Shown piece after piece: positions 1 through 11,775 of a DNA stretch of 64,000 bases (its first letter is position 1; the number at the start of each line of letters is the position of its first letter). The stretch is taken from the NCBI RefSeq assembly GCF_006345805.1, contig NC_043002.1, forward strand, positions 3,596,001 through 3,660,000, written 5' to 3'. The position numbers were made by a program, and so were the translations under genes. The notes under the pieces were generated by a model. That model did not search any database, had not been told where the DNA came from, and worked only from the letters and a program-made list of their open reading frames with translations. Source of the stretch: Octopus sinensis (Eukaryota).

Positions 1-129
1 CGTTGATGCTGGTGATAGAAACCAGAGTAGAGTTCTCTTTTTGTAGCTCAAAATTAAGATTTATTTAAAAATCAAAGAAATTCAATGTGTAGTTAGCTGT
101 TTACGGCCCTTTTTCTTTCAATGATAATC

Positions 130-1070
130 AATGAAGCAATAACACAGGAGTTTGTCTTTTGAAAGTCATATATATTGACCACCAGGTCCTTATATGAGCT
201 GTTGAAGAAAAGGTAGGAAGAGACCTTGAGCTACATGAAGGACATTTCAATAAGATTCAATACTACACACAAAAGGTACACTGAGAAGATTGCTAAGCAA
301 AACAGGCATCAGAAGTTTCAGGTGAAAAGTACCACCTTCTAAGAGTAGAAGGTACCCTGTTAGAGGAAAACCTAAGAAGCCACGGCAAATAGTGGTGGTT
401 AGCTGAGTCATATTTACTATTGATGTTTTATTTGCAAGTTTAAGAAAATAAACAAGGGAACATTATATCTAGTAATCCAGAAGAATCATTAATTAAAAGA
501 AGTCAATTAATGTCTATTACTTAGTTGACCTAATCAGTTATAGAGGTAGCAGTTGTCAAAGGAGAGTAACCAGTTTGAGAATGGAAGGAGAGGAAAATTC
601 AGGAAACAATTACCTCTGTTACCATCAGAGCATTTCAAAATCTCTGAGTGAAGGAAAGATGGCATGACACTTGTGTATGAAGAGCAATTTTGCATAGTAT
701 TGAAACATGGTCTCCCAATGTGGAGGATACAAAAGAAATAAGGTGAGCCTGCCTGTCGTGTTATATCAGTGTGTGTTAACACTAGACCACTTATGTCCTG
801 AGAGAGAAAAAGACTAGGCATCAGAAGTATTTGTGGTAATATGTGCACGAAAGACTGAACTGGTATGGAGATGTGATACATATGAAGAAATGACATTTGG
901 GTGAAAAGTGGCAAAAAATGTTGGTAGAAGGAGCCCGCATGAGAGTGGACTGGCTGATGTCAGATGTCCGTGAAAGAGAAGATGAAAGACCATAACATGC
1001 AGAGAGAGGCTGTGTTAAAATTGATCTGTTCAATCCACACTAGATGGAGAAACTGAATGCAAAAATGATG
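130..1070 (+). mobile_element. Degraded RTE-clade LINE ORF2 C-terminal relic
   Basis: Frameshifted translation near 800-960 gives RLGIRSICGNMCTKRLNWYGDVIHM, aligning with KVGIRGIRCDVQERQLHWYGHVVHM in the better-preserved RTE copy at 42476-43159. Ends in a GATGATG tail near 1065. Confidence 0.5.
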
Positions 1071-1883
1071 ATGTATAAAAAAGCAGAATTCATCAAATAT
1101 CAAGTACAGACACACTCACAGAATCTTTTTAGTCTGATATTTTCTCAAACCAATTTCTGCTGAAAAGAGAGAAAAACCATTCCTTCCGTATAATCAAAAG
1201 AAAGTGGCCAACACTTTTGAACCTAATGTTGAGTCTTACTCTGAAGTCATTTAACATCATCTATGTCATTAATGTCCTTAGAAAATGGATGAATGCCACA
1301 AGTTGTCATGATCCTTCCATAAAATAAACAGATTTGCTGCTAATTGAAGCAAGTCCAATATAAAAAAACTAAAAAAAAACAAGTAATTTAGAGATAAACT
1401 TAAATAGTTCTTATATTTAGAACTAATCATAGACCATGAAACTAAATTCAAACATTATTTTTTATATAAAAGAAAATCACAATACAACAATTTCCAGATT
1501 GAAGTAAATGTGGACACTAAACAATTACTTTTTTTTTTAAATCAAAGAACTATTCTTTTCATAAAATAAAACCACTATAAAAATAGAAAAAAGCTTATTT
1601 CTTTAATCAATTGAAGCATGGAAGAGTAAAATGAGAAAAAGAATGTTTGGTTGGTTGGCTGGTTGGGCACATGAGAAAAATAAAAAATTAATGTCAGTAA
1701 CGAACAATTTCATGGTGTTTAATGAGATCAAATATTAAAAGTTCAAATACATAATGACTATATTGAAGTAATTACAATCAACTTTGCTGATGTGATAATT
1801 AAAATTGTCCATTACAATATCATTATCATAGATAAATTACTATATTTTTCTATGTTGGCATACAATAAACAATCTAGCATACA

Positions 1884-2095
1884 GCATACTTCATATCTTA
1901 GACAATCGACCAGGCACTACACACATTAGACCATCCTTCAGATATCAGACAATATACTTCATATATTAGACAATCAGCCACATTAGACCATCCTTCAGAT
2001 ATTAGACAATATACTTCATATATTAGACAATCAGCCACATTAGACCATCCTTCAGATATCAGACAATCTACCATCCAACATACTTCCAATCAGCT
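1884..2095. repeat. 57-bp minisatellite, ~3 copies
   Basis: Unit cattagaccatccttcagatatcagacaatatacttcatatattagacaatcagcca starts at 1924, 1981 and 2038. Explains the 19-aa periodic ORF 1898-2089. Confidence 0.9.
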
Positions 2096-2166
2096 TCATG
2101 CCTAAACATCTCCTAAGATATGATCTGCCCATTTTTACTGTTATCTCTATTATTTTACAGACAGTT

Positions 2167-2392
2167 AAGGCAGTAATCTGGTAGAACCATGAGCACTAGC
2201 AGACACAATAAATGCTTAGTGGCATTTCTTCCAATTCTTATTTTACGAGTTCAATGCTGCCAAGGCTTGTCTTTGCCTTTTATCCTTTAGGAGTTGATAA
2301 AATAAGTACCAGGTGAGCACTGGGGCCTATGTAACTGACTAGTCCCTCTCCCAAGAATCTCAGGCCTTGTGCCGATAGTAGAAAGAAGTATT
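2167..2392 (+). mobile_element. tRNA-derived SINE, family B' (ggccttgtgcc tail), diverged
   Basis: Head similar to ggcggcgagctggcagaa, central ctttgccttttatcctttaggagttgataaaataagtaccag, tail caggccttgtgcc..gtagaaag shared with copies at 37155-37590 and 61502-61712. Confidence 0.7.
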
Positions 2393-3934
2393 TAGACAGT
2401 CATTTTTTTTTTCCACCCACCCACCACCAGTTCTCCTACCAGTATAGTAATCTATCTTGTATACACTATGGCTGATATTTCTAAAGCTACACAGCTCCCT
2501 TGAAATCCTCCTTTCCCCAAACAGATCCTCCTTACTTGTTAGTCCCTCATCCCTACATTCCATGCATGCATCTCACCTCTGTGCAACACTGCAGCATTTG
2601 CAGGGCCTTCATTGTCTACAGTCTCCTTCTCACACAAATACAGAAACTGTTTGTTGCTGCAAACAGAGGCAATCCCTAACCTTTACTCAAACTACTGTGT
2701 TCTTTTAACATCCAATTCCAGCACTAATTAGATCAGTTAATTACCAGAAACTATCAACTATATTTATGAAATGTCTGAGCAGTATTAAGAACTTCAATTG
2801 TGCTATTCACTTATTCTGAAATTCTTGTTATGATTCAGTTTGCCAATAGATCCTTTTTAGCTATTTTACATTTGTTGCTTTCACTGGGGGCCCAATATGA
2901 AGTTCCTGTCCCCTTTGCTTCTTGTATATTAAGCAAAGCCAGTTCCCAGACGTTACTAAGATTCTGTGCTTTTCTTCACTGACAAGTTAATTGAATTTTA
3001 TAATTTTAGATTCTATGTTTGGAAAATTTTCTGCCTGTCTGGCAAATAATTATCAGTGCTAAGTCATCAGTAGACCAAAGTTCTCACAGAGGCATTTATT
3101 TATTGCAGGTCATCAATAAATTCAACCAGTTGTTTCAATACTTGCTGCAATTTAGCTTCAGTGAAACTGTTCCATATCAATAGAGAGAGAACCGCAAGCT
3201 AAAGAATGTCCCTTCCTGCGGTCATCAGAGAGCTCTTGACATAGATAATTAGTAGATAGTTAATTATCAACTAAACAATCAGATTCACCAACAATAAATA
3301 CTGTTGAATTTCATAGGCAAACAGTGGAATGAGCTGGAACAACTGAACAAGAGAACTAAGAAAGCACTAATTACAAGTACCCCAGTGGTCTGCGGAAAAA
3401 AAAACAAACCAAGAACAAACTTAACTCTTTTGATATATATATATACACACACACATACTTGTGTGCAACAGGCTTCCTTCAGTCTCCATCTCAACCCATA
3501 AGTTTTGTAGAGGGCCAAATCCCTAACCATGTGATTCTGAAGTAAATTTCTTAACCCTACAGCCTTGCCTGAGCTTTTCAAGTAGCAAAATTTATATATA
3601 AAACAAATTTCTAGAAATAAGCCTGGCAAGAAAAGAAAGAAAAAAAACCTTCAAAAGTGCACACAGAGGTGCAGCATATCAGTTTTCTTGAGGTGCCACT
3701 TTAGTCCAATAATTCAAGAGAGAAAGCACTGCTTTTAGCAGGCCTCAATGTCATCGTTCTCATTTAACATCTATGTTTCATGTGTGTATGGGTTGGATGG
3801 TTTGACAGGATCCAATGGGTTCAAGAACTGCATTGTGTTCCAGTGTCTGCTTTAGTTTTCCTTCCCGACATTATTTTCCTCCAATCACACTTTCTCTGCC
3901 ACCAGCTATCTTTTACCTTTTCCTTGAGCTACAT

Positions 3935-4095
3935 CAGAGGTTCCCACCCTGTGATCCACAAAGGTAGTACTGGGGGTCCATGAACTAAATTCAAAATTTC
4001 ATACACACACACACATAAGCATATTAAAAGAGGTCCATGGAAAACTCATTTAAATAAAAAGGGGTCCTCAGTAGTGAAAAGGTTGGGAACCACTG
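3935..4095. mobile_element. hAT-type MITE (161 bp)
   Basis: TIRs cagaggttcccacc / ggttgggaaccactg. 8-bp TSD agctacat (3927-3934) / agcgacat (4096-4103). Confidence 0.8.
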
Positions 4096-4588
4096 AGCGA
4101 CATCTTATGACTGCCATACCTCAATGGTCCTCTCATATCTGTCACTGACCACCCTCACCCATCTCACCTTTGTTATCTACTCCCACATACCTCTGGCTTC
4201 CATCTCTGCCACTGTAGGGCTGTCTCTCTCTCTCTTTCTCCTTTGCCACCTCCCCAATTCTCTGCTTTTCACCCTTTCTGTTGCACCTTCACCTCCTTCC
4301 AAGCCACTCCTACTTCAACTCCAAATACATATTTTATCACTGACCATGTCCCTACCCAAGTCCACCATTCACTAGTCACCTCTACCTCCATCTCTAACCA
4401 TCTATCACTTTCCTCTCACTCCCTTGCCAACCCTTCCTCATATTCTCTCCCTATCTTCTATTTGCTCCCTTGTATCTTGATGGCATGATGCTACCACCAT
4501 CTTTGTCTCTCTTTCCAGCTAATCCTACCAACCCTTATTTAATGCAAGGTAGTCATGAACCTCATCTACAGCAAGACATACTCTACCA

Positions 4589-5046
4589 CAGTGGTTCCCA
4601 AACTTTTCACTACCAAGGACCCTTTTTATTTAAATGAGCTTTCCCACAGACCCCAGGATATTGAAAGGTCGGGGGTGGGGGCTCCAAAACGGGTGTCAGG
4701 AAGTAGCGTCCCTGCCTTCTTGAGCTAGTTTTCTGCCACATTTCTTAAAAATTGTGGTAGAGGCCTTGTCTCGGGACCACTCATGTCTAGAAATTGGGGT
4801 TGGGGGTAAGCAAGGGCATGCTCTCCATAGAAAACCCAGCTTCAAAAAAGCTTCATAATAGCAAAGGAGAATGGACACCAGCCAGTCCAAAGGTTAGCGT
4901 GGGCTGCACCTGTCTACTTTGGTTGCTATGGCATTGAGGTAGATCCAGTTAACAGGGAAAAAAACCTGGATTTAAAACACTGGATGATGATGTCAGCTTA
5001 ACCTGCTCACAGACCCCCAGTACTAACCACAGGTTGGGAACCACTA
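4589..5046. mobile_element. hAT-type MITE of the same family, opposite orientation, with an internal RTE-derived insertion
   Basis: TIRs cagtggttcccaaac / ggttgggaaccacta. TSD ctctacca (4581-4588) / ctctagca (5047-5054). Interior 4890-4992 matches the RTE 3' end at 27833-27920. Confidence 0.75.
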
Positions 5047-6098
5047 CTCTAGCATCTCGACGCCTGGCATAAAGCCACCGCCCTCTCTACAACTACCCTG
5101 CTTAGTCAAGGGGACATTTCTATCACATGACCTTACTCGTGTCAGAGCCACACAAAAATCTCCATTCCAAAAAAAAAAGGCAAGTAGTCATGTTGCTCCC
5201 TCTACAGCAAGCAACCTGTTCTGTTCTGACCCTTTCTCGCATACCCGACCTCTCTATACTCCTTATGCTCCCAGCATGAAGTTGCCCTTCCCCACTCAAA
5301 GCTCATAGTCTTACAAGCTGCATATGATAATCTCACTATTGCTGGTGGCATAAAACACTCAGCAGAGTCTGCAAAGTGGCTGACATTAAGGACATCCAGC
5401 CATAAAAACCATATCGAACAGACACTGAAGCATGAAGCAGTTCTTGGGCACAACATATCCCACCCACGCCAGCAAACGTAGTTTCTAGTTCATTCCCACT
5501 GCATGGCACCTTCTACTTTAGACCCCAGGCCTTAATAAGTGAATTTGGTAAACGGAAACTGTGAAAACCCACAATATATATTGTGCCTGCCTTTGTCACC
5601 ACCACCACCACAGATGTTAAATAATGATAATAATGACATACACACACATACATAGAGAACACCTATTGTGAAATCTGCAGTTAGTCTATCCAGATTACAA
5701 GTTCATGTTTATACCTGTAATTACTGGGGCATTTGGTTATCTAACACAGTACCTAAATACCAATCTTGAGAAATTAGGCTTCTCAAAACCAGAAAGGAGA
5801 AAGCTGATTCGAAGACTAAAGATCCAACCCATCACTGGAACTGTAAAAATTTGTAAAACTTTCCAGAAGTTTATCATTTAAGTATATATGAGCATATCTA
5901 GATATGCAACTATATGCATAAGAAGACATACATAAAACAAAACATACAAATTTGCGCCTATACATACATACATACAAACAAACAAAAGCACTCTGTTGTT
6001 GATGTTGAAATTCCAATGAAGGAACCTTGGATTTAGGTTAGAAAATGGCTCTTTCTCTATTGGCAAGAAATAAAACTGAACACTGACACACACACATA

Positions 6099-6480
6099 CT
6101 TCAGCAAGTGTCTTCCTCAATAGCTCCAGACCAACCTAAGCCTTGTTGGTGGATTTGGGGCAAATGAAAACGGAAAAGTCTATTATACATAAGTGTGTGT
6201 TCATGGGGGGGGGAAGAGAGAGAGAAAGAAAGTGCGTCTGTGTAGTTGTCCTTTCCCACTGCTGGACATCATGTGATAAATGTAACTGATTCTAAGTTAT
6301 AAGTTGTAAGCATCATCATCATAGAAGCAGTGTCTTCTAAGAGAATATATCCAGCCAAGGGGAAATATTAGCTTGCTTAGAAACAGGTCAGGGTTGACAA
6401 GGGCATCTGGCCATAGAACCTACCTCAGTGAATTCCATCCTACCCATGCAAGCAAAGAGAAGTGGACGTTAGAACGATGG
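6099..6480 (+). mobile_element. 5'-truncated CORE-type SINE with aagggcatc / (GAT)n-type 3' part
   Basis: cagcaagtgtcttc CORE-like segment and 3' region shared with copies at 25780-26040 and 32814-33229. Confidence 0.6.
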
Positions 6481-6892
6481 TATGTGCAGGTGTGTTTGGT
6501 AGAACAAACACGAGAAATAGAATTTGATACACGCGCGCGCGCGCGTGTATATATATGTATAGGCTAGAGGACACCGAGATGGTGTCAGCCCTCCTGGTGA
6601 CGTTGATGATCGCCTGGGGCTAAATGCATCAGTAACACCCCCACCGCCCTGCCCTGTCCCTAGCCACATTCAGATGGCTGATGCCCCTTATGTTATATAT
6701 ATATATATATATATATATACGGGTTTATGTATTTTTAATCCGTAGGAAGTTACAAAAGAGACTCAAGGGCCGAGAGTTTCGGGTATGTCGCTTATTAAAT
6801 GCTGTGTACGAAACTGTCGGCCCTCGAGTGACTTTCCTAACTTTCTGCCGATTAAAAACAATATTCATACGAGCGCGATCGCACGTACACAG

Positions 6893-7140
6893 ACGTAGGT
6901 GTGGCTCTGTGGTTAAGATGCTCGCTTTACAACAACGTAGTTTCTAGTTCATTCCCACTGCATGGCACCTTCTACTTTAGACCCCGGGCCTTGATAAGTG
7001 AATTTGGTAAACGGAAACTGCGAAAACCCACAATATATATTGTGCATGCCTTTGTCACCACCACTTGACAAGTGGTGTTGGTTTGTTTACGTCCCTGCAA
7101 TATAGCGGTTCGACTTACGGAATAAGTACTAGACTTAAAA
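6893..7140 (+). mobile_element. tRNA-derived CORE-type SINE (family A), diverged
   Basis: A-box-like tggctctgtggttaag, B-box-like gttcattccc, followed by gaatttggtaaacggaaact and aataagtact as in full copies at 21180 and 38131. Confidence 0.7.
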
Positions 7141-8067
7141 TAAGGCGATCCTTCGATATTGGTCTACAGTGAGTTGGTACGAGAAGACACCATTCATCCT
7201 CTTTTTCGGCCTAGCCCTCTTTATCTATGCCATGAGGGGGGTGAATGACGTCGCGTACCAATACAGAAGTCGTTCGACTAACCCTCCACCCCACGAGTCA
7301 GTGCCCCAGCATGGCCGCAGTCCAATACCTGAATCAGATACAATAGACACGCGCGCGCGCGCACGCACGTGTCTTACACAACATGCGCACACCCGCACAC
7401 ACACACTCAGAGCTGATGGCCGAGTTACATAAATGCAACCAACACATTTAAGGAGATTTTTATGTGGAGTTGATTACGTGTTATATAGTAAGTGAGGAAA
7501 ATGAAATACTATTAATTAATTAACATTTTTTCCTCCCCACAGTATTTTCAACATGATGGCCCTAACTAGACTTCGCGTTATATATTCAGACATGCTACCA
7601 AGTGATTTCGTTTCTGTTTCTAACATTTCTTCTATAAATTTACCATCTCTCGTTAAATCCAAGGGGAACATAGTTATCTGAATAAATACATTTTAATAAC
7701 TATATATTATTATATACGTGTGTGTCCCGACTAATAACATTTATTGCGTATTTATTAAAGAATAAACTACATTTGCTCTGAATGGTGAAATAAATGCGCG
7801 ATTCTGAAGCAAATGAGGTGGCATCGAGGTTCTGAGAAATAGAATTCTTATAACGATTACCAAAACCAAACGAGTTTTAGTAAACGAAAAAAGAAAATCG
7901 ATTTTACTTTTGCAGAAAAACAAAAGTCTGACATAATAGGAAGTTGTAGATTACCATCGTTAATATTAGAAAATATGGCAAGATCGATATTGCAATATAA
8001 CAGCATAACTTCGATAACGTCTAATATAAATACGTATTTCTTAAATCATAATGAGCCGCGAGGACCA

Positions 8068-8101
8068 TTATACACATACATATATATACACATAGATATA
8101 T

Positions 8102-8132
<31 letters not shown>

Positions 8133-8235
8133 CATATATATATATACATACATACATATACACATACATATACATATACATACATATATATACATATACA
8201 TACATACATATACATACATACATATACATACATAC

Positions 8236-8330
<95 letters not shown>

Positions 8331-9324
8331 CACATATATATATACACATATATATATACACACATATATATACACATATATATATACACACATATATATA
8401 CATACATATATATATACACACATATATATATACACACATATATATACATACATACATATATACACACATATATATACATACATACATATATACATACATA
8501 CATATATATATACACATACATATATACATACATACATATATATATACACATACATATATACATACATACATATATATATACACATATATACACACATATA
8601 TATATATATATACACATATATATATATACACATATATATATATACATATATATATACACATATATATACACACTATATATATATACATATATATACACAC
8701 ATATATATATATACATATATATACACACACATATATATATACATATATATACACACATATATATATATACATATATATACACACATATATATATACATAT
8801 ATATACACACACATATATATATACATATATATACACACACATATATATATACATATATATACACACATATATATATATACATATATATACACACATATAT
8901 ATATACATATATATACACACACATATATATATACATATATATACACACACATATATATATATACATATATATACACACATATATATATATACATATATAT
9001 ACACACATATATATATATATACATATATATACACACATATATATATATACATATATATACACACATATATATATATACATATATATACACACATATATAT
9101 ATATACATATATATACACACATATATATATATACATATATATACACACATATATACATACATATATATATACATATATATATACATATAATATACACATA
9201 TATATACACATATATATATACACATATATATACACACATACATATATATACATACATAAACGATGATGATGATGATATATACATACATATATATACATAC
9301 ATACATATACATACACATGCATAC

Positions 9325-9364
<40 letters not shown>

Positions 9365-9380
9365 ATACATATACATATAC

Positions 9381-9414
<34 letters not shown>

Positions 9415-10047
9415 ATATATACATACATATACATATATATATATACATACATATACATATATTATACATACACATACATATACATATATAATATATACAT
9501 ACATACATATATATACATACATATACATAATATACATACATATACATATATATACATACATATACATACATATATATATATATACATACATATAATATAT
9601 ATATATATATACATATACATATACATATATATATATTACATACATATACATATTATATATATACATACATATACATATATATATATACATACATATACAT
9701 ATATATATATATACACATACATATATATATATATACATACATATACATATATATATATACACATATACATATATATATATATATATATACATAATATACA
9801 TATATATATATATTACATACACATATACATATATATATATATACATACATATACAATATATATATATATACATACATATACATATATATATATACATACA
9901 TATACATATATATATATACATACATATACATATATATATATACATACATATATATATACATACATACACATACATATATATATACATACATATATATATA
10001 CATACACATACATATATATATACATACACATACATATATATACATAC

Positions 10048-10078
<31 letters not shown>

Positions 10079-10227
10079 CATACACATACATATATATATA
10101 CATACACATACATATATATACATACACATATATATACATACACATATATATACATACACATACATATATATACATACACATATATATACATACACATACA
10201 TATATATACATACACATATATATATAT
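8068..10227. repeat. Giant compound (AT)n/(AC)n/(ATAC)n microsatellite, ~2.2 kb
   Basis: Almost only A, T and C on the plus strand. Source of the 752, 715 and 516 aa Y/I/H/T or Y/I/C/V/M pseudo-ORFs. Confidence 0.97.
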
Positions 10228-11213
10228 TACTAATTGACATTCAACAACATAAACTAGTTTAATTTAATATTTTATTTATTAGCCACAGGGGCAGGAAGAA
10301 GTATGTAGAATACAATAAACGTTGCAGAACACGGGGAGGGGTTTATAATAATAATAATAATAATATTTTAAATGATAATAAAAGCGAGCGCCTTGGAGCC
10401 GGAGCATTTCGTATAATTCGGTCAACGTAACACACACACACACACACAAATTACAAATGCTTTCCAACCAAACTAGTAAAAACGTTTTAATGGAGACAAA
10501 TTTAAAATTAAAAAAGGCCAAGTTATGGAATTGTTGGCTCTGGGAGTTGATATCCAACATTAATTAAAGACTAAAATCGTGAGTTGTAATTAAAAACAAA
10601 ACGTAAATATCATCATCATCATCATCGTCATGAGGGCAGCCATGTTTAATGTTGTCAGTTGTGAAATCGTTAGGATTTTTAATATGTTGGATTGGTAAAT
10701 GGTAATAAAGTAACTGTCGGAATAAGCAATCACTTTCAAGTCTTTTATTATTATTATTATCAGTGTCACAAAGGAATGATATTACATTGGGAATGGTCCT
10801 GGCAGCAACTGAATGATTTTTAAACGGATTTCAGTTAAATGTTATGGAGAGAGAAATTCATAAAACAATATTTCTCAATTGCAACAAAAGCTGCTTCAGT
10901 AAATACAAGATTTTTTAATATTTTTTTTAGTAAAAATATTATTTCAGACTCATTAAATGGTACTAAATATGAAGTCTAAATGATTTATAACAAAGTTTTT
11001 TTTCTTTATATTTCCAAGACAGTCTTTCACCTGAATAAACTCACACACACTCATCACTGACGTCATGTAACTAATGCTGAAACACTGCCATACAATAGAT
11101 TATGTGTGTGTATATACATATACATATATATATATATATATATGCATGTGTGTGTGTGTGTGTGCACAATATAGTATTCAATAATCAAATATAACCATAT
11201 ATAATATATTGTA

Positions 11214-11775
11214 TTGGGTCATCCCATAAATAATGCGGGTTTTTTTAGACCCATTGACCCAATTTGTTGACTTTCCCGATGGCACGCAGGTGTCGATGAA
11301 TGGTTGAATGACCAAATCCTAGCTTCTCTGCCAGTTTCTGAACAGATAGGTGAGGGTTTTCTTCCACCAGGGCTTGCAGGGCTTCGTCGTCGAGCTTTAC
11401 GGACCTGCCAGGACGAATATCGTCTTCCAGGCTGTAGTTTCCGGTCCGGAATCTCTGGAACCACCGTTGGCACTGGCTCACGCTCAATGTCCGATCCCCA
11501 TAGATTGCATTGATATTCCTCGCAGTTTCCGTCGCGTTGTGGCCGTTATTGAACTCATAAAGCAAAATATGACGAATATGCTTCTTTGTCACTTCCATTA
11601 TACCTTTGAAGAAAAAATAACCGTTAAAATCGAACTGCACTCTTGAAATCTTGCACTAAGAATAAATAAAAGGTAAAATGACTGCCTGCTTTTATAGCAA
11701 GTTGATGCAGGTAGTTTATGCCATCCCCCTCCGACTTTTACTTCAAAAAACCGCATTATTTATGGGATGACCCAA
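11214..11775 (-). mobile_element. Internally deleted mariner element (562 bp)
   Basis: Near-perfect TIRs ttgggtcatcccataaataatgcgg / ccgcattatttatgggatgacccaa, TA TSD at 11212-11213 and 11776-11777. Confidence 0.93.
11245..11598 (-). CDS. Truncated mariner transposase ORF, 117 aa, paired HTH DNA-binding domain only
   Basis: MEVTKKHIRHILLYEFNNGHNATETARNIN...QRWFQRFRTGNYSLED..RPGR...KVNKLGQWV*. Open from ATG to a stop inside the TIR; ends at the WV of WVPHEL, with no DD34D domain. Confidence 0.75.
   Translation of the reverse strand: MEVTKKHIRHILLYEFNNGHNATETARNINAIYGDRTLSVSQCQRWFQRFRTGNYSLEDDIRPGRSVKLDDEALQALVEENPHLSVQKLAEKLGFGHSTIHRHLRAIGKVNKLGQWV

Noticed and set aside
1884-2095. 19-aa repeat protein (ORF 1898-2089) or CRISPR array
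   Set aside because: Simple 57-bp minisatellite with no spacers and no splice or coding support.
6560-6690. Possible 7SK snRNA (tgatcgcc motif, HEXIM in the same window)
   Set aside because: Only one GATC-like element, no 5' GGA-start stem with paired GAUC motifs, no PSE/TATA or oligo-T terminator, and too short.
7975-10240. Long ORFs of 752, 715, 516, 261 and 195 aa
   Set aside because: Translations of an AT/AC microsatellite that lacks stop codons by composition; open on both strands and in several frames.
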